This document shows positions 34,917-44,466 of a DNA stretch of 64,000 bases, piece by piece. Below the pieces are notes generated by a model. That model was given only the letters and a program-made list of their open reading frames with translations. It ran no database searches and had not been told where the DNA came from. How positions within the stretch are numbered: position 1 is the first letter of the stretch; each line of letters begins with the position of its first letter. The DNA lies in assembly GCA_050950825.1 (NCBI GenBank), contig JBMNIH010000003.1:333117-397116 (forward strand). Direction: 5' to 3'. The translations under genes and the position numbers were made by a program. Origin of the DNA: Clostridia bacterium (GTDB lineage: Bacteria > Bacillota > Clostridia > JAAYHZ01).

Positions 34917-35642
34917 TCATAAATCTTCGGATAAGATGACTTCCAATAATCTTTCGGCAATCGTAAAATCCTCCGGGGTGGTGATTTTAATATTGTCGTG
35001 GGATCCTAAAACAACGGCTACCTTGTATCCCGCCATTTCGGCAAGGGTAGCGTCATCGCTTCCCTGAAGGTTTTTAGCAAAGGCTTGCTCGTATGAATCC
35101 AAAATGATTTCTCTTCGAAACACTTGGGGCGTTTGCATCGCAATCAATTCTTCCCGGTTCAAGGTTTCCGTAATGAATCCGTTTTGATCCGTTCTTTTTA
35201 CGGTATCCTTCACCTTGACGCCCAAGCAAGCGCTTCCTACGGACAAGGCTTTATCGAATACTTTGTAGATGTCGGCGATGCGGACCAAGGGGCGTGCACC
35301 GTCATGGACCGCAACAAGGGTGGTTTCGGGATCCGTTTTTAAAAGTCCGTTATACACCGATTCCTGCCTTGTGGCACCGCCGTAAGCAAAAGTAATTTTA
35401 TCATTGTATTTTTTAATTTTTTCGTTTTCCAAAACCAAGCGGTTGAAATAAAAAAGGTCGTCTTGGGAAATGGAAACGATGACTTGCTTGGTTTGCGGCA
35501 ATTGCAAAAAGGGAAGTATGGAATGAACAAGAACAGGCTGTCCCTTCAAGCCGGCATACACTTTATTCATCTTCAAGCCGGCTCGCGTTCCTCTGCCCGC
35601 AGCCACAATAACCGCACTGACGGAAAAATCCCTATTCATCAT
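34917..35642 (-). CDS. ispD: 2-C-methyl-D-erythritol 4-phosphate cytidylyltransferase
   Basis: 241 aa; VIVAAGRGTRAG nucleotidyltransferase motif. Confidence 0.9.
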   Translation of the reverse strand: MMNRDFSVSAVIVAAGRGTRAGLKMNKVYAGLKGQPVLVHSILPFLQLPQTKQVIVSISQDDLFYFNRLVLENEKIKKYNDKITFAYGGATRQESVYNGLLKTDPETTLVAVHDGARPLVRIADIYKVFDKALSVGSACLGVKVKDTVKRTDQNGFITETLNREELIAMQTPQVFRREIILDSYEQAFAKNLQGSDDATLAEMAGYKVAVVLGSHDNIKITTPEDFTIAERLLEVILSEDL

Positions 35643-35643
35643 T

Positions 35644-36687
35644 CTAACTGCCTTTAACTCTCGAGAATATCATTCGACCGGCGTTGGTTTGAAGCACTTT
35701 GGTAACCACCACGTCTACGCTGCTGCCGATAAACTTAATACCGTTTTCAACAACCACCATGGTTCCGTCTTCCAAAAAGCCGACGCCTTGTTTTTCTTCC
35801 TTGCCGGACTTGATGACCTGGATGCTCATTTCGTCTCCCGGCAAAGCGATGGGTTTTAGAGCGTTGCACAATTCGTTTATGTTCAAAACCTGAACACCTT
35901 TAAACGATGCGATTTTATTCAAGTTGTAATCAAGGGTCAAAACTTGGGCATTGATCTCGGAAGCGTACCTTAAAAGGGCGCTGTCCACTTCCTCGTCCTT
36001 GTCCATATAGACCGTAGGTGTGTCCAGATAAATATTGCTGTCTTCCTGCATCGAGTTTAAAATATCCAATCCTCTTCTTCCTTTGCTTCGCGTCAAATCG
36101 TCTTTCGAATCCGCTATATGCCTTAACTCGTTCAATACAAAGGAGGGAACCACCAGTCTTCCTTCGATAAAGCCGCATTTGACCAAATCGCCGATGCGGC
36201 CGTCGATAATGACGCTGGTATCGATGACCTTGGGTCTGATTTCCGACTGGTTTCTTTTTTTGAAGGATTCAATAAAGTTTTCGCTCTTTTTGGTAATGGA
36301 AACCGCCATTCCCAGAACACCGAAAAAGATATTGAGCAATACGGCAATCGGCATGCCGACCACCGGGATTCTGTAAATGGGTATGGATATTAAATTGGCA
36401 ATGATTAATCCGGCTATTAATCCGAGTGCCGTAATAGACACTTCGTAAATGGTCATTTTATGCAGAATTTTTTCTGCTTGCGAATACAGATTGTCGATTA
36501 ATTGAACCAGATTGGATCCGAATATGAAAAAAACCATTGCGGTTATGATGCCGGCCAATACATACAGTGCGATTTGAACGGTGCCTAACGCTTCAAAGTC
36601 CACGGATTTGACAAAGAACCTAACTAACGAAACGCCGGTAAAAGCACCGATCAGTGCAAATAAATATTTAATGATTCGGTCGAGCAT
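35644..36687 (-). CDS. PIN/TRAM-domain membrane protein (YacL-like)
   Basis: N-terminal TM helices, PIN-like and TRAM-like C-terminal domains; start at MLDRII (ATG 36687). Confidence 0.7.
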   Translation of the reverse strand: MLDRIIKYLFALIGAFTGVSLVRFFVKSVDFEALGTVQIALYVLAGIITAMVFFIFGSNLVQLIDNLYSQAEKILHKMTIYEVSITALGLIAGLIIANLISIPIYRIPVVGMPIAVLLNIFFGVLGMAVSITKKSENFIESFKKRNQSEIRPKVIDTSVIIDGRIGDLVKCGFIEGRLVVPSFVLNELRHIADSKDDLTRSKGRRGLDILNSMQEDSNIYLDTPTVYMDKDEEVDSALLRYASEINAQVLTLDYNLNKIASFKGVQVLNINELCNALKPIALPGDEMSIQVIKSGKEEKQGVGFLEDGTMVVVENGIKFIGSSVDVVVTKVLQTNAGRMIFSRVKGS

Positions 36688-36722
36688 GATGTATCTCCCT
36701 GTATCTTTTTTCTTTTCATACA

Positions 36723-37214
36723 TTAGCCTTTTGCTTCGTCGCACAGCTTATGCTGAATCCTGTTTTCCAGCTCTTCCATGTTAAAGCCTGCGGCTAACAT
36801 CAATTCGCTGTACAATATCTTTTTTGCACTGTTTAACATCTTCCGTTCCCCGGTAGACAATCCTTTTTCCTTTTCACGCACCATTAATGTGTTTACCACA
36901 TCCGCCACTTCTTCGATGTCTCCGGTCTTCAACCGGTCCATGTTTTCACGGTACCTTTTGTTCCAGTTGGTATTGTCGTCAACCTTTTTAGGCGAGAAGA
37001 AATCAATCACTTGATATGCGCGATTTTTAGAAATAATACTCCGAATACCGATTTCATCCGAATTGGAAATAGGAATCATGACCTTCATGTCTCCGAAGGG
37101 CATCTTTAAAACATAGTATTCCTTTACTTCCCCTAATATCTCTTTCTTTTCGATTTTCTCAATTTCACCCGCTCCGTGGAGAGGGTATACGATCTTGTCT
37201 CCAATTTCAAACAT
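36723..37214 (-). CDS. carD: CarD-family transcriptional regulator
   Basis: Start at MFEIGDKIVYPLHGAG (ATG 37214, GGGAGGA RBS); CarD/TRCF RNAP-interacting domain. Confidence 0.8.
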   Translation of the reverse strand: MFEIGDKIVYPLHGAGEIEKIEKKEILGEVKEYYVLKMPFGDMKVMIPISNSDEIGIRSIISKNRAYQVIDFFSPKKVDDNTNWNKRYRENMDRLKTGDIEEVADVVNTLMVREKEKGLSTGERKMLNSAKKILYSELMLAAGFNMEELENRIQHKLCDEAKG

Positions 37215-37347
37215 ATTATCCTCCCGCAGTAATATATTTAATCCTATCCATACATCATTTACTGCCGGATTACCATTAAACATTCTTATTATACCTTAAT
37301 CATGGCAAAATGTCAAAATGCCACAAAATCGTACACCCGAAGCTCTA

Positions 37348-40131
37348 TTATTCTTCCGCCTTTTCCAAAGTTACCGTCTCGCTCTTTGCTTTGGAAGGGA
37401 ACGTAAAGGTATACCACTTGACAACGTATTGTTTATCACCGATCAAGCCGATCAGCGCTTGGTCCTTCCAATTGTTGAAGACGTGGATACCGTCACAGCC
37501 TGCCTTGTACAGCTCATAGGCTCGTTCCAAGTATTGATCCAAGGTTACATAGCTGTGTCCCAAGTCCACTTGAACGCCTTTTTTGATTAAATCTTCCTCC
37601 TGCTTGGTCATATCGTGACCGCCCAAATAGTGGTTAATTCCCCCGTACAACAAAACGTCGCTGCCTTTTACCAGCTCTACGAAGGGCGTAATGTCGTAAA
37701 AGTTCTCATACCCGACGGTAGAAGGAATCAAAATATCGATGTATCCTTCTTGGATCCAGGTTTTTAAATCGAATCCGTATTCTTTCCAGCCGGTTTCGGG
37801 AATACGAACGGATATTTCTTTGTCCGGCAGCTTCTCTCTTAAAGTCCTCAGAAATACATTGTAAACGGAAGCTTTCCAAGCAATCCATTCTTCTTTTTGG
37901 GCCTCGTTCATTTCTTTTCTCGGGTCAAATCCGTATTCTTCGATGAAGGGGTCTACCAATTCGTCTTCGTAGCCTAAGCAGTCCGGATAACGGTTAAAGT
38001 CCAAATTCACACCGTCCACCCCTTCGAAGGATGCCGCTTCGACTAAAATATCGATTATGAGATTGCGGATCGTTTCCGAAGCGTAGCTGATGTTTTTCGT
38101 ATACTCTCCGTATGCATTCTTGATCCGATAATCGGCGTATTGATCGTAAACATTGCCGTTCAGCCAAGGATAAGCATTCGGATCGTAAAAGGCGTTCATA
38201 CGTAAGGAAGCGAAGGTTTTAATGCCGTATTCGTCGGCTCTTTTCGCAACCTCTTGGACGGGAATGATGTCTCTATTTGAAAAATACGTAATTTGATTTA
38301 CTCCCGTTTTGTCTATATCCCGCATCAGATGGTCTTTTGCATATTCGCTGATGCTTTCGAAGGGTTTTCCCACAATACTGCTGTTGTGATTCAATGCGAA
38401 GGTGGTGCCCAAGCAAAATTCAAATATCCCCACATCCTTGTCTTTATAAATATCCACGGCTCTTTGAAGAAGAGACGATAAATCCGGATAATAGCCGGAG
38501 CAAAAATCCGAATACCCGTCGTTGTTGAAGATCGCCCGCTTTACCCCGTCGGAGGAGGAGTTATAGACCGAAACTTCTTCGTCGCTTAAGCCTACGAATT
38601 TAATATAGGCAATACGAGCTTTTTTCGGACTTGCCGCCTTCAGCTTTAATTTTTGTCCCGTAAAATTCGCCGCTCCTAAGAAGACTTCCTTTAAGATGCC
38701 GTCTCCCGTTTCGTATTTGGGCAAGAAGATGGTTTTTTCCACTTCGATTTCCCGATAGCCTTCTCCAAGATCCGCCGCAACGGCTTGGGTTCCGTTAAAA
38801 TATCCCATCACAATGCCGAACCAGCCTACCGCATCTACCGGGATTTCAATCTCTTCGGAGGAGGCCACGCTGTCAAGGAAGTAATACTCCTCTTCATTGC
38901 CGTTGTATTTGTATTTATATAGCTTCCAATTCTTTTCTTTGTAACCTTCGATAAACTCCATTTGGTCAAACAAATAGGTTTTTCCGGGAACCGACGCGAT
39001 TTTTCCGCCCTTCGGTACCGATTCCGTGCTTGCGGGAATATAGATTTTTCTGTTGAATTCGTGAATAATGGTATTGTCACGTATTAAGAAAGCCTTTAAA
39101 TCATAGATCCCGGTTTGGTTGTTGGAATTCATATGTACATAAGCGTAACCGGCGGACAGTACGGATCCGGTTTGAGATACCACGTCTTTTCCCGACATTA
39201 AGTAAAGGTCCACACGGGTTTTTCCGTCCGAAATCCATTCTTTTTGAATGTTGGTTACCCTTGCGGTTATCAAAATATCCTTGCTGTCGGATTTCGGCAT
39301 GACGTTGACAAAGGCAATCTTCGGATCGCTTTCGATCCAATCCGGTATTCCTTCCTTGCTGAATCCGATGTGGTCGATAATTACATGGTTCTTCCCTTTT
39401 TCAATGTTTAAAGGTACGTTCCTTATATTAATGCCGTCCGGTGCGTCGGCGACAGTCCAAGGTCCGTCAAAGCTTCCTACGGGTTGATCGTCTACCAAAA
39501 CGAACATCTTCGACACCCCGTTATAGATAAAGCGCCAGGTGTGAAATCCTTTGTAGTTTTCTACGCGGATGGGAGTTTGGGTATTGTTATTTCCCTGCTG
39601 CCCGTACACGTTGCCGTTTCCGTTTATCGCGATATAGAATCTTTTGTTGGCGGCAAAAATGTCAAACACAAGACCCCTCCATTCTTTGTTGGCGGAGGGA
39701 ACGATCAAATCCTTAATATCCATTCGAATTTCGAAAATCCACGGTCCGCTTCCGATATCCACGCTCTTGCCGACGGATGCATAGGTTCCGGTTTCCTTGT
39801 CCGCGTAAATACCGAAATAGCCTTCTTCCACCTGCAAGCTTTTGTTGTCCAAGGTAGAATCGCCGATAATCACTTGATCGGACACGCCGGAGGTTCTCCA
39901 TTCGAATTCGGCAAGAGAATCGCAAGGATCAAAAAACAGATAGGGCATTTCCGGGTCCTTGTAGCTTATGACTTCCATATTCTCCGTCTCCTTTTCGGTT
40001 GTTGTTTCAACGGACGTTGTTACGGTTGTTTCGGTTTCCTGATAGGTATCCTGCTTTGGACTGCAGGAGGACAATAGAAACAGTATATATGTAAATAACA
40101 ATATCAGCGGAATTATTGATGATTTTCTCAC
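37348..40131 (-). CDS. Large lipoprotein with C-terminal glycoside-hydrolase-like TIM-barrel (GHL10/YngK-like) domain
   Basis: 927 aa; lipobox LLSSC; Thr/Glu-rich linker; C-terminal region (GVDGVNLDFNRYP) resembles the GH-like family; N-terminal ~500 aa unassigned. Confidence 0.55.
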   Translation of the reverse strand: MRKSSIIPLILLFTYILFLLSSCSPKQDTYQETETTVTTSVETTTEKETENMEVISYKDPEMPYLFFDPCDSLAEFEWRTSGVSDQVIIGDSTLDNKSLQVEEGYFGIYADKETGTYASVGKSVDIGSGPWIFEIRMDIKDLIVPSANKEWRGLVFDIFAANKRFYIAINGNGNVYGQQGNNNTQTPIRVENYKGFHTWRFIYNGVSKMFVLVDDQPVGSFDGPWTVADAPDGINIRNVPLNIEKGKNHVIIDHIGFSKEGIPDWIESDPKIAFVNVMPKSDSKDILITARVTNIQKEWISDGKTRVDLYLMSGKDVVSQTGSVLSAGYAYVHMNSNNQTGIYDLKAFLIRDNTIIHEFNRKIYIPASTESVPKGGKIASVPGKTYLFDQMEFIEGYKEKNWKLYKYKYNGNEEEYYFLDSVASSEEIEIPVDAVGWFGIVMGYFNGTQAVAADLGEGYREIEVEKTIFLPKYETGDGILKEVFLGAANFTGQKLKLKAASPKKARIAYIKFVGLSDEEVSVYNSSSDGVKRAIFNNDGYSDFCSGYYPDLSSLLQRAVDIYKDKDVGIFEFCLGTTFALNHNSSIVGKPFESISEYAKDHLMRDIDKTGVNQITYFSNRDIIPVQEVAKRADEYGIKTFASLRMNAFYDPNAYPWLNGNVYDQYADYRIKNAYGEYTKNISYASETIRNLIIDILVEAASFEGVDGVNLDFNRYPDCLGYEDELVDPFIEEYGFDPRKEMNEAQKEEWIAWKASVYNVFLRTLREKLPDKEISVRIPETGWKEYGFDLKTWIQEGYIDILIPSTVGYENFYDITPFVELVKGSDVLLYGGINHYLGGHDMTKQEEDLIKKGVQVDLGHSYVTLDQYLERAYELYKAGCDGIHVFNNWKDQALIGLIGDKQYVVKWYTFTFPSKAKSETVTLEKAEE

Positions 40132-40260
40132 GGTGACATTTCTCCTTATTTCTTAATGGAAGTATTATACCACTTACGCTTTGAAAAGCAAAATGAAGGC
40201 GGGTTCCGGCTTTGGATTTCCTGTGGTATAATAGACCTTCGGAAAGGCAGATATTTTTTC

Positions 40261-42201
40261 ATGAAATATATTACGATAAAGAATTTGACATTTTCATACG
40301 GCGACAACGTCATATTCAAAGACGCTTCGGCGGACATATTCGGCGAATCGAGAATCGGGGTTGTAGGACTGAACGGTTCCGGAAAAACAACCCTGTTTCA
40401 CCTTATTCAAAAAAAGCTGGAACCGGACGAAGGCTCCATTACCATTGCTCCCGGCATTACCGTCGGCACATTAGAGCAAGACCTTCAGCTCAACAAGGAC
40501 TTGACCCTTTGGGAAGAAGGACTGCGGGCATTTGAGGATGTGATTCAAATAGAAAAGCAAATGGAAGAGCTGAATCAAATCCTCCACAAAACCGAAGACC
40601 CGGAGGAGCAGGTTCGGCTGATCAAGCAAATATCGCGCCTTTCGGAAGAATTCGAGAGCCTGAAAGGATACGAATACATATCGAGGACAAAAGGCGTCCT
40701 GCAAGGCTTGGGTTTTAGCCAAGAAAATTTTTCATTGAAGGTATCGGCACTAAGCGGAGGGCAAAAAACCCGCTTCGCTTTGGCCAAGCTCTTGCTGTCC
40801 AAGCCGGATCTTCTTTTGTTGGACGAGCCTACCAACCATTTGGACATCGAATCCATCGCTTGGTTAGAAGACTTCTTAAAAAGCTATACCGGCGCTTTTA
40901 TGGTGATCTCCCACGACCGCTACTTTTTAGACAAGACCGTCAACGGCATTATTCATATTGATAATAAAAAGCTAAACGAATACAACGGAAACTATACCGA
41001 ATTTATTCGAAAGAAAGAAAAGCGGTACGAAATACAAGCTCGTCACTACAAAATACAGCAATCGAAAATATTGAAAATCGAAAAGTTTATCGAACAGCAG
41101 CGGCAATGGAATCGGGAAAGAAACATTATCGCCGCCGAAAGCCGAATGAAAATGCTGGAGAAGATGGAGCGAATCGATAAACCCAATTTGACGGAGCAGA
41201 AAATTTTAATCCGCTTGAAAACCGATGTGGTATCCTCCAACGATGTCCTGTGGGTGGAGGATTTGTCCAAATCCTACGGCAGCAAGCATTTGTTTTCCCA
41301 TTTGACCTTCCAAATCCGAAGAGGGGAAAAAGTTTTCGTCACGGGACCCAACGGCTGCGGAAAATCCACGCTGTTAAAAATCATATCCGGAAAGATCGAG
41401 CCGGACGAAGGGGAATTTCATATAGCAAAAACGGTGAAAACCGCCTACTTCGACCAAGAGCTTGAAAATTTGGATCCGGACAATACCATTATCGACGAGG
41501 TTTGGGCGGGTAATGAAAAAGTCACCGAAACCCAAATTCGAAACCTTTTGGCGGCCTTTTTGTTCAAAGGAGACGATGTCTTTAAAATCATTAACACCCT
41601 AAGCGGCGGCGAACAGACAAGGGTCAGTATTGCAAAGCTCCTTTTATCCGATGCGGATTTTTTGATATTGGACGAGCCTACCAACAACTTGGACATCTCT
41701 TCGAGAGAAGTATTGGAAAACGCCTTAATGGAATTCGAGGGAGCGGTTTTATGCGTATCCCACGACCGATATTTTGTGCAGAAAATCGGGACAAGATTTT
41801 TAAATTTCACGCCCCAAGGCATCACGGATTTTACCGGCGATTATGAAGCATGGCAGGAACGATTGGCACAAGAAAAAGAGCGCACGGAAAGCCGGAAGAC
41901 GGAAAAATCCCAAAAAGCCTTGGACTATTTGCGACGAAAGGAACTTTCAAGCGAGTACCGGAAAATAAAGAATGCGATGGAGCGCTTGGAAAAAGAAATC
42001 GAAGAAATCGAGGAACAAATCCGCCTGATTGAAACGGAAATGTCCGATCCGGATTATTCGTCCGACCACGAACGCTTAACCGAGCTGCAGGAGCGGTTAG
42101 ACGAACAATCCGGTATATTAGAGCAAAAGTATGAGGAGTGGGCATCCAAAGAAGATGCGTATCGTTCATTTCTTCAGGAACACGGCGATATCATTGTTTA
42201 A
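40261..42201 (+). CDS. ABC-F family ATPase (tandem ABC domains, no transmembrane domain)
   Basis: Two Walker A motifs (GLNGSGKTT, GPNGCGKST), two LSGGQ-type signatures, C-terminal coiled-coil; start set at MKYITIKNL. Confidence 0.85.
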   Translation: MKYITIKNLTFSYGDNVIFKDASADIFGESRIGVVGLNGSGKTTLFHLIQKKLEPDEGSITIAPGITVGTLEQDLQLNKDLTLWEEGLRAFEDVIQIEKQMEELNQILHKTEDPEEQVRLIKQISRLSEEFESLKGYEYISRTKGVLQGLGFSQENFSLKVSALSGGQKTRFALAKLLLSKPDLLLLDEPTNHLDIESIAWLEDFLKSYTGAFMVISHDRYFLDKTVNGIIHIDNKKLNEYNGNYTEFIRKKEKRYEIQARHYKIQQSKILKIEKFIEQQRQWNRERNIIAAESRMKMLEKMERIDKPNLTEQKILIRLKTDVVSSNDVLWVEDLSKSYGSKHLFSHLTFQIRRGEKVFVTGPNGCGKSTLLKIISGKIEPDEGEFHIAKTVKTAYFDQELENLDPDNTIIDEVWAGNEKVTETQIRNLLAAFLFKGDDVFKIINTLSGGEQTRVSIAKLLLSDADFLILDEPTNNLDISSREVLENALMEFEGAVLCVSHDRYFVQKIGTRFLNFTPQGITDFTGDYEAWQERLAQEKERTESRKTEKSQKALDYLRRKELSSEYRKIKNAMERLEKEIEEIEEQIRLIETEMSDPDYSSDHERLTELQERLDEQSGILEQKYEEWASKEDAYRSFLQEHGDIIV

Positions 42202-42907
42202 AGAAATCGTCGATGCCCGCTTTTACGGCTTCCGCAATTTTTTGTCTGTACTCGCTGTCCTGAAGCCTTTTTTCCTCTTCTTGGTTCGATAAGAATCCGC
42301 ACTCGACAATGCAAATGGTTTTCGTGTTGTTTTTAAGAATAATCAGCTCTTCTTTGGTACCCTGGGGCTCTCGCTTGTTAGTAGGATCCACGATTTCCCG
42401 GATACGATTTTGAATGCATTCCGCAAGTCGTTTGGAATCGTTGCTTTTTACCGGGTAGAAGGTCTGCGCCCCGTAATATTTCGTTTGATCGAACTTATTC
42501 ATATGAAGGCTGACGATGATGTCTGCGTCGGATTCATCCATCATTTTTCTTCGATTATTCAAATCTTCTCTTCTTTTAGCGGTATAGCCGGGAGTACCGT
42601 CAGGATACTTTAACACATCGCTGTCTCTTGTCATGAGGACTTCATAGCCCTGATCCTCCAACAGCGCTTTCAATTTGAAAGCGATATCCAAATTCAGATC
42701 TTTTTCTTTGATTCCGGAATAATCGCTTACCGCCCCCGGGTCTTCTCCGCCGTGGCCGGGGTCCAGCATGATCTTAATCGGCCTGTAAGAGATGTTCGAA
42801 ACGGGGGACGCCTGCTCGGATGCATAGGTTAATCCGTAAATCGATACGGCCAGCAGCAAAACAAGAAGTACCAATACAATATTATGTTTTCTGATAACAA
42901 TAAACAT
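42191..42907 (-). CDS. cwlD: N-acetylmuramoyl-L-alanine amidase, Amidase_3 family (CwlD-like)
   Basis: 238 aa, N-terminal TM anchor, Amidase_3 zinc motifs (DPGHGG...E...H). Confidence 0.75.
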   Translation of the reverse strand: MFIVIRKHNIVLVLLVLLLAVSIYGLTYASEQASPVSNISYRPIKIMLDPGHGGEDPGAVSDYSGIKEKDLNLDIAFKLKALLEDQGYEVLMTRDSDVLKYPDGTPGYTAKRREDLNNRRKMMDESDADIIVSLHMNKFDQTKYYGAQTFYPVKSNDSKRLAECIQNRIREIVDPTNKREPQGTKEELIILKNNTKTICIVECGFLSNQEEEKRLQDSEYRQKIAEAVKAGIDDFFKQ

Positions 42908-42974
42908 GCAATCACCAACCCATCCAATCTTTGTACTAGTCTATTCAACCGTCGGTCGGTTCATGCATAAGTTT

Positions 42975-43781
42975 TCAGAAAAGGTCCACTTGTCCTCCCA
43001 AAGCTTTTATACAGTGCAGAATTTCATAATAGGTTTCTCGGGAAAGCTCGGCCTTATGCCTGTTCAGATAGCCGAAAAGAAAAGCAATTCCCCGCCTGTC
43101 GTTAAATTCCGCTATACACAAGGCTCCGATATCCTTGTTTTTCATTCTTAAAAAAGCGGATTTTAAGCAGTTGAAAACCTCCGGATTTTTTTCGACCTTG
43201 CCTAATTGGGACAAGGCTTGGAGCATGTATTCCATGTTGTTGTTGATCTCCTCCGCCTTGTTTATGCACTCCGTCATGGGCATGACGGCAGGCTGTCCCA
43301 TCTCCAGCAGCCCTTCCGTTGCGCTTTCGATAAACAAATCCTCTTCCGGAGGAAGCTTTTCAATGTATGAAATCAAGGATGGGATATACTCCGTTCTTTT
43401 CAATCTTCCTAACGCTTTTGCCGCCTGTATGCTTAAGTGCACGTCGGGATTGCCCTTTCGCTCCATCATCTCGAAGGCATGGCTTGCCAAATATTCGCTT
43501 GCCTGCAGATCAAAACGGCTCATCGATTCCAATACCGCTAAGGGAATATCGAAATCTCCTTTGCAAAAGCTTTCATAAACCTTGATTATTTCTTGAAAAT
43601 CAAGGGTGTTTAAAAAATCCCGAACGGTTCCTTTGTCTTCGGAAAGGGGCAGCTTGGCCCATTCCTTTTGACATTGCATAAGAATTTCATCGAATTCCCG
43701 CGTATCAAAATCCGTATCCGGATGATCTTGGTAAGCTTTTTCGCAAATTCGGTAGTATTCATTTATTAAAAAGTCGATCAT
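42975..43781 (-). CDS. Hypothetical soluble protein (helical, unknown function)
   Basis: 268 aa; no recognisable catalytic motif. Confidence 0.5.
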   Translation of the reverse strand: MIDFLINEYYRICEKAYQDHPDTDFDTREFDEILMQCQKEWAKLPLSEDKGTVRDFLNTLDFQEIIKVYESFCKGDFDIPLAVLESMSRFDLQASEYLASHAFEMMERKGNPDVHLSIQAAKALGRLKRTEYIPSLISYIEKLPPEEDLFIESATEGLLEMGQPAVMPMTECINKAEEINNNMEYMLQALSQLGKVEKNPEVFNCLKSAFLRMKNKDIGALCIAEFNDRRGIAFLFGYLNRHKAELSRETYYEILHCIKALGGQVDLF

Positions 43782-43805
43782 TTGCTAAGCCCTTTCTAGT
43801 ACGAA

Positions 43806-44327
43806 CTATTCTTTTTTACCCAAGAAGCGTGCCATCGGATAGATTCCGTAATAGCCCATCAAATACCCTGCTCCTGCGATTATAGGGACGATTAGACAAA
43901 CCAAGAAGAAGGATAAGGGCGTGTCTCCGGTCATTTCCACAAACGCATGCAAGGGGCCGAAGATCAATTTGACAACCAACAGCTTTCGGGCGTTGAAAAT
44001 GTCTTTCGGAAAAATTACGATGCTATTTAACAGAGCAACCAAAAGATTCGGTATCATGGCAAACAATCCGTAAACGAATCCTTTATACGGGTACGGGTGC
44101 AAATCGTATTGGGGAATCACTTCTTTTTGGGCAACCTGCTTCATTCTTGAATATATCATCATCATCATCATGATAAACCATACCAAGCTGTAGCCGATAA
44201 GCCAAGGCCGAGCCGTTTCCGGAGTGGCGATCAACAATACCGAAATCAAGAAAGCGCAAAAGAGAAAAACCGTGGTTATATAGTCAACAAACACTCTTGC
44301 CGCCGTTTTAAAAAAATATTTATTCAT
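43806..44327 (-). CDS. Hypothetical integral membrane protein
   Basis: 173 aa, about 4 TM helices, MMMMM tract. Confidence 0.5.
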   Translation of the reverse strand: MNKYFFKTAARVFVDYITTVFLFCAFLISVLLIATPETARPWLIGYSLVWFIMMMMMIYSRMKQVAQKEVIPQYDLHPYPYKGFVYGLFAMIPNLLVALLNSIVIFPKDIFNARKLLVVKLIFGPLHAFVEMTGDTPLSFFLVCLIVPIIAGAGYLMGYYGIYPMARFLGKKE

Positions 44328-44466
44328 TTCACACCTACTGAAAAGGGATTTTACTAAAGGGATTATATCACATACAAGTACGAGGGCACAACCAAAGGAA
44401 AAACGAAAAGGACGGCGAGAACCGTCCCTTTATTCATACCATACAACCGTTTATTAAGCTCGAATA

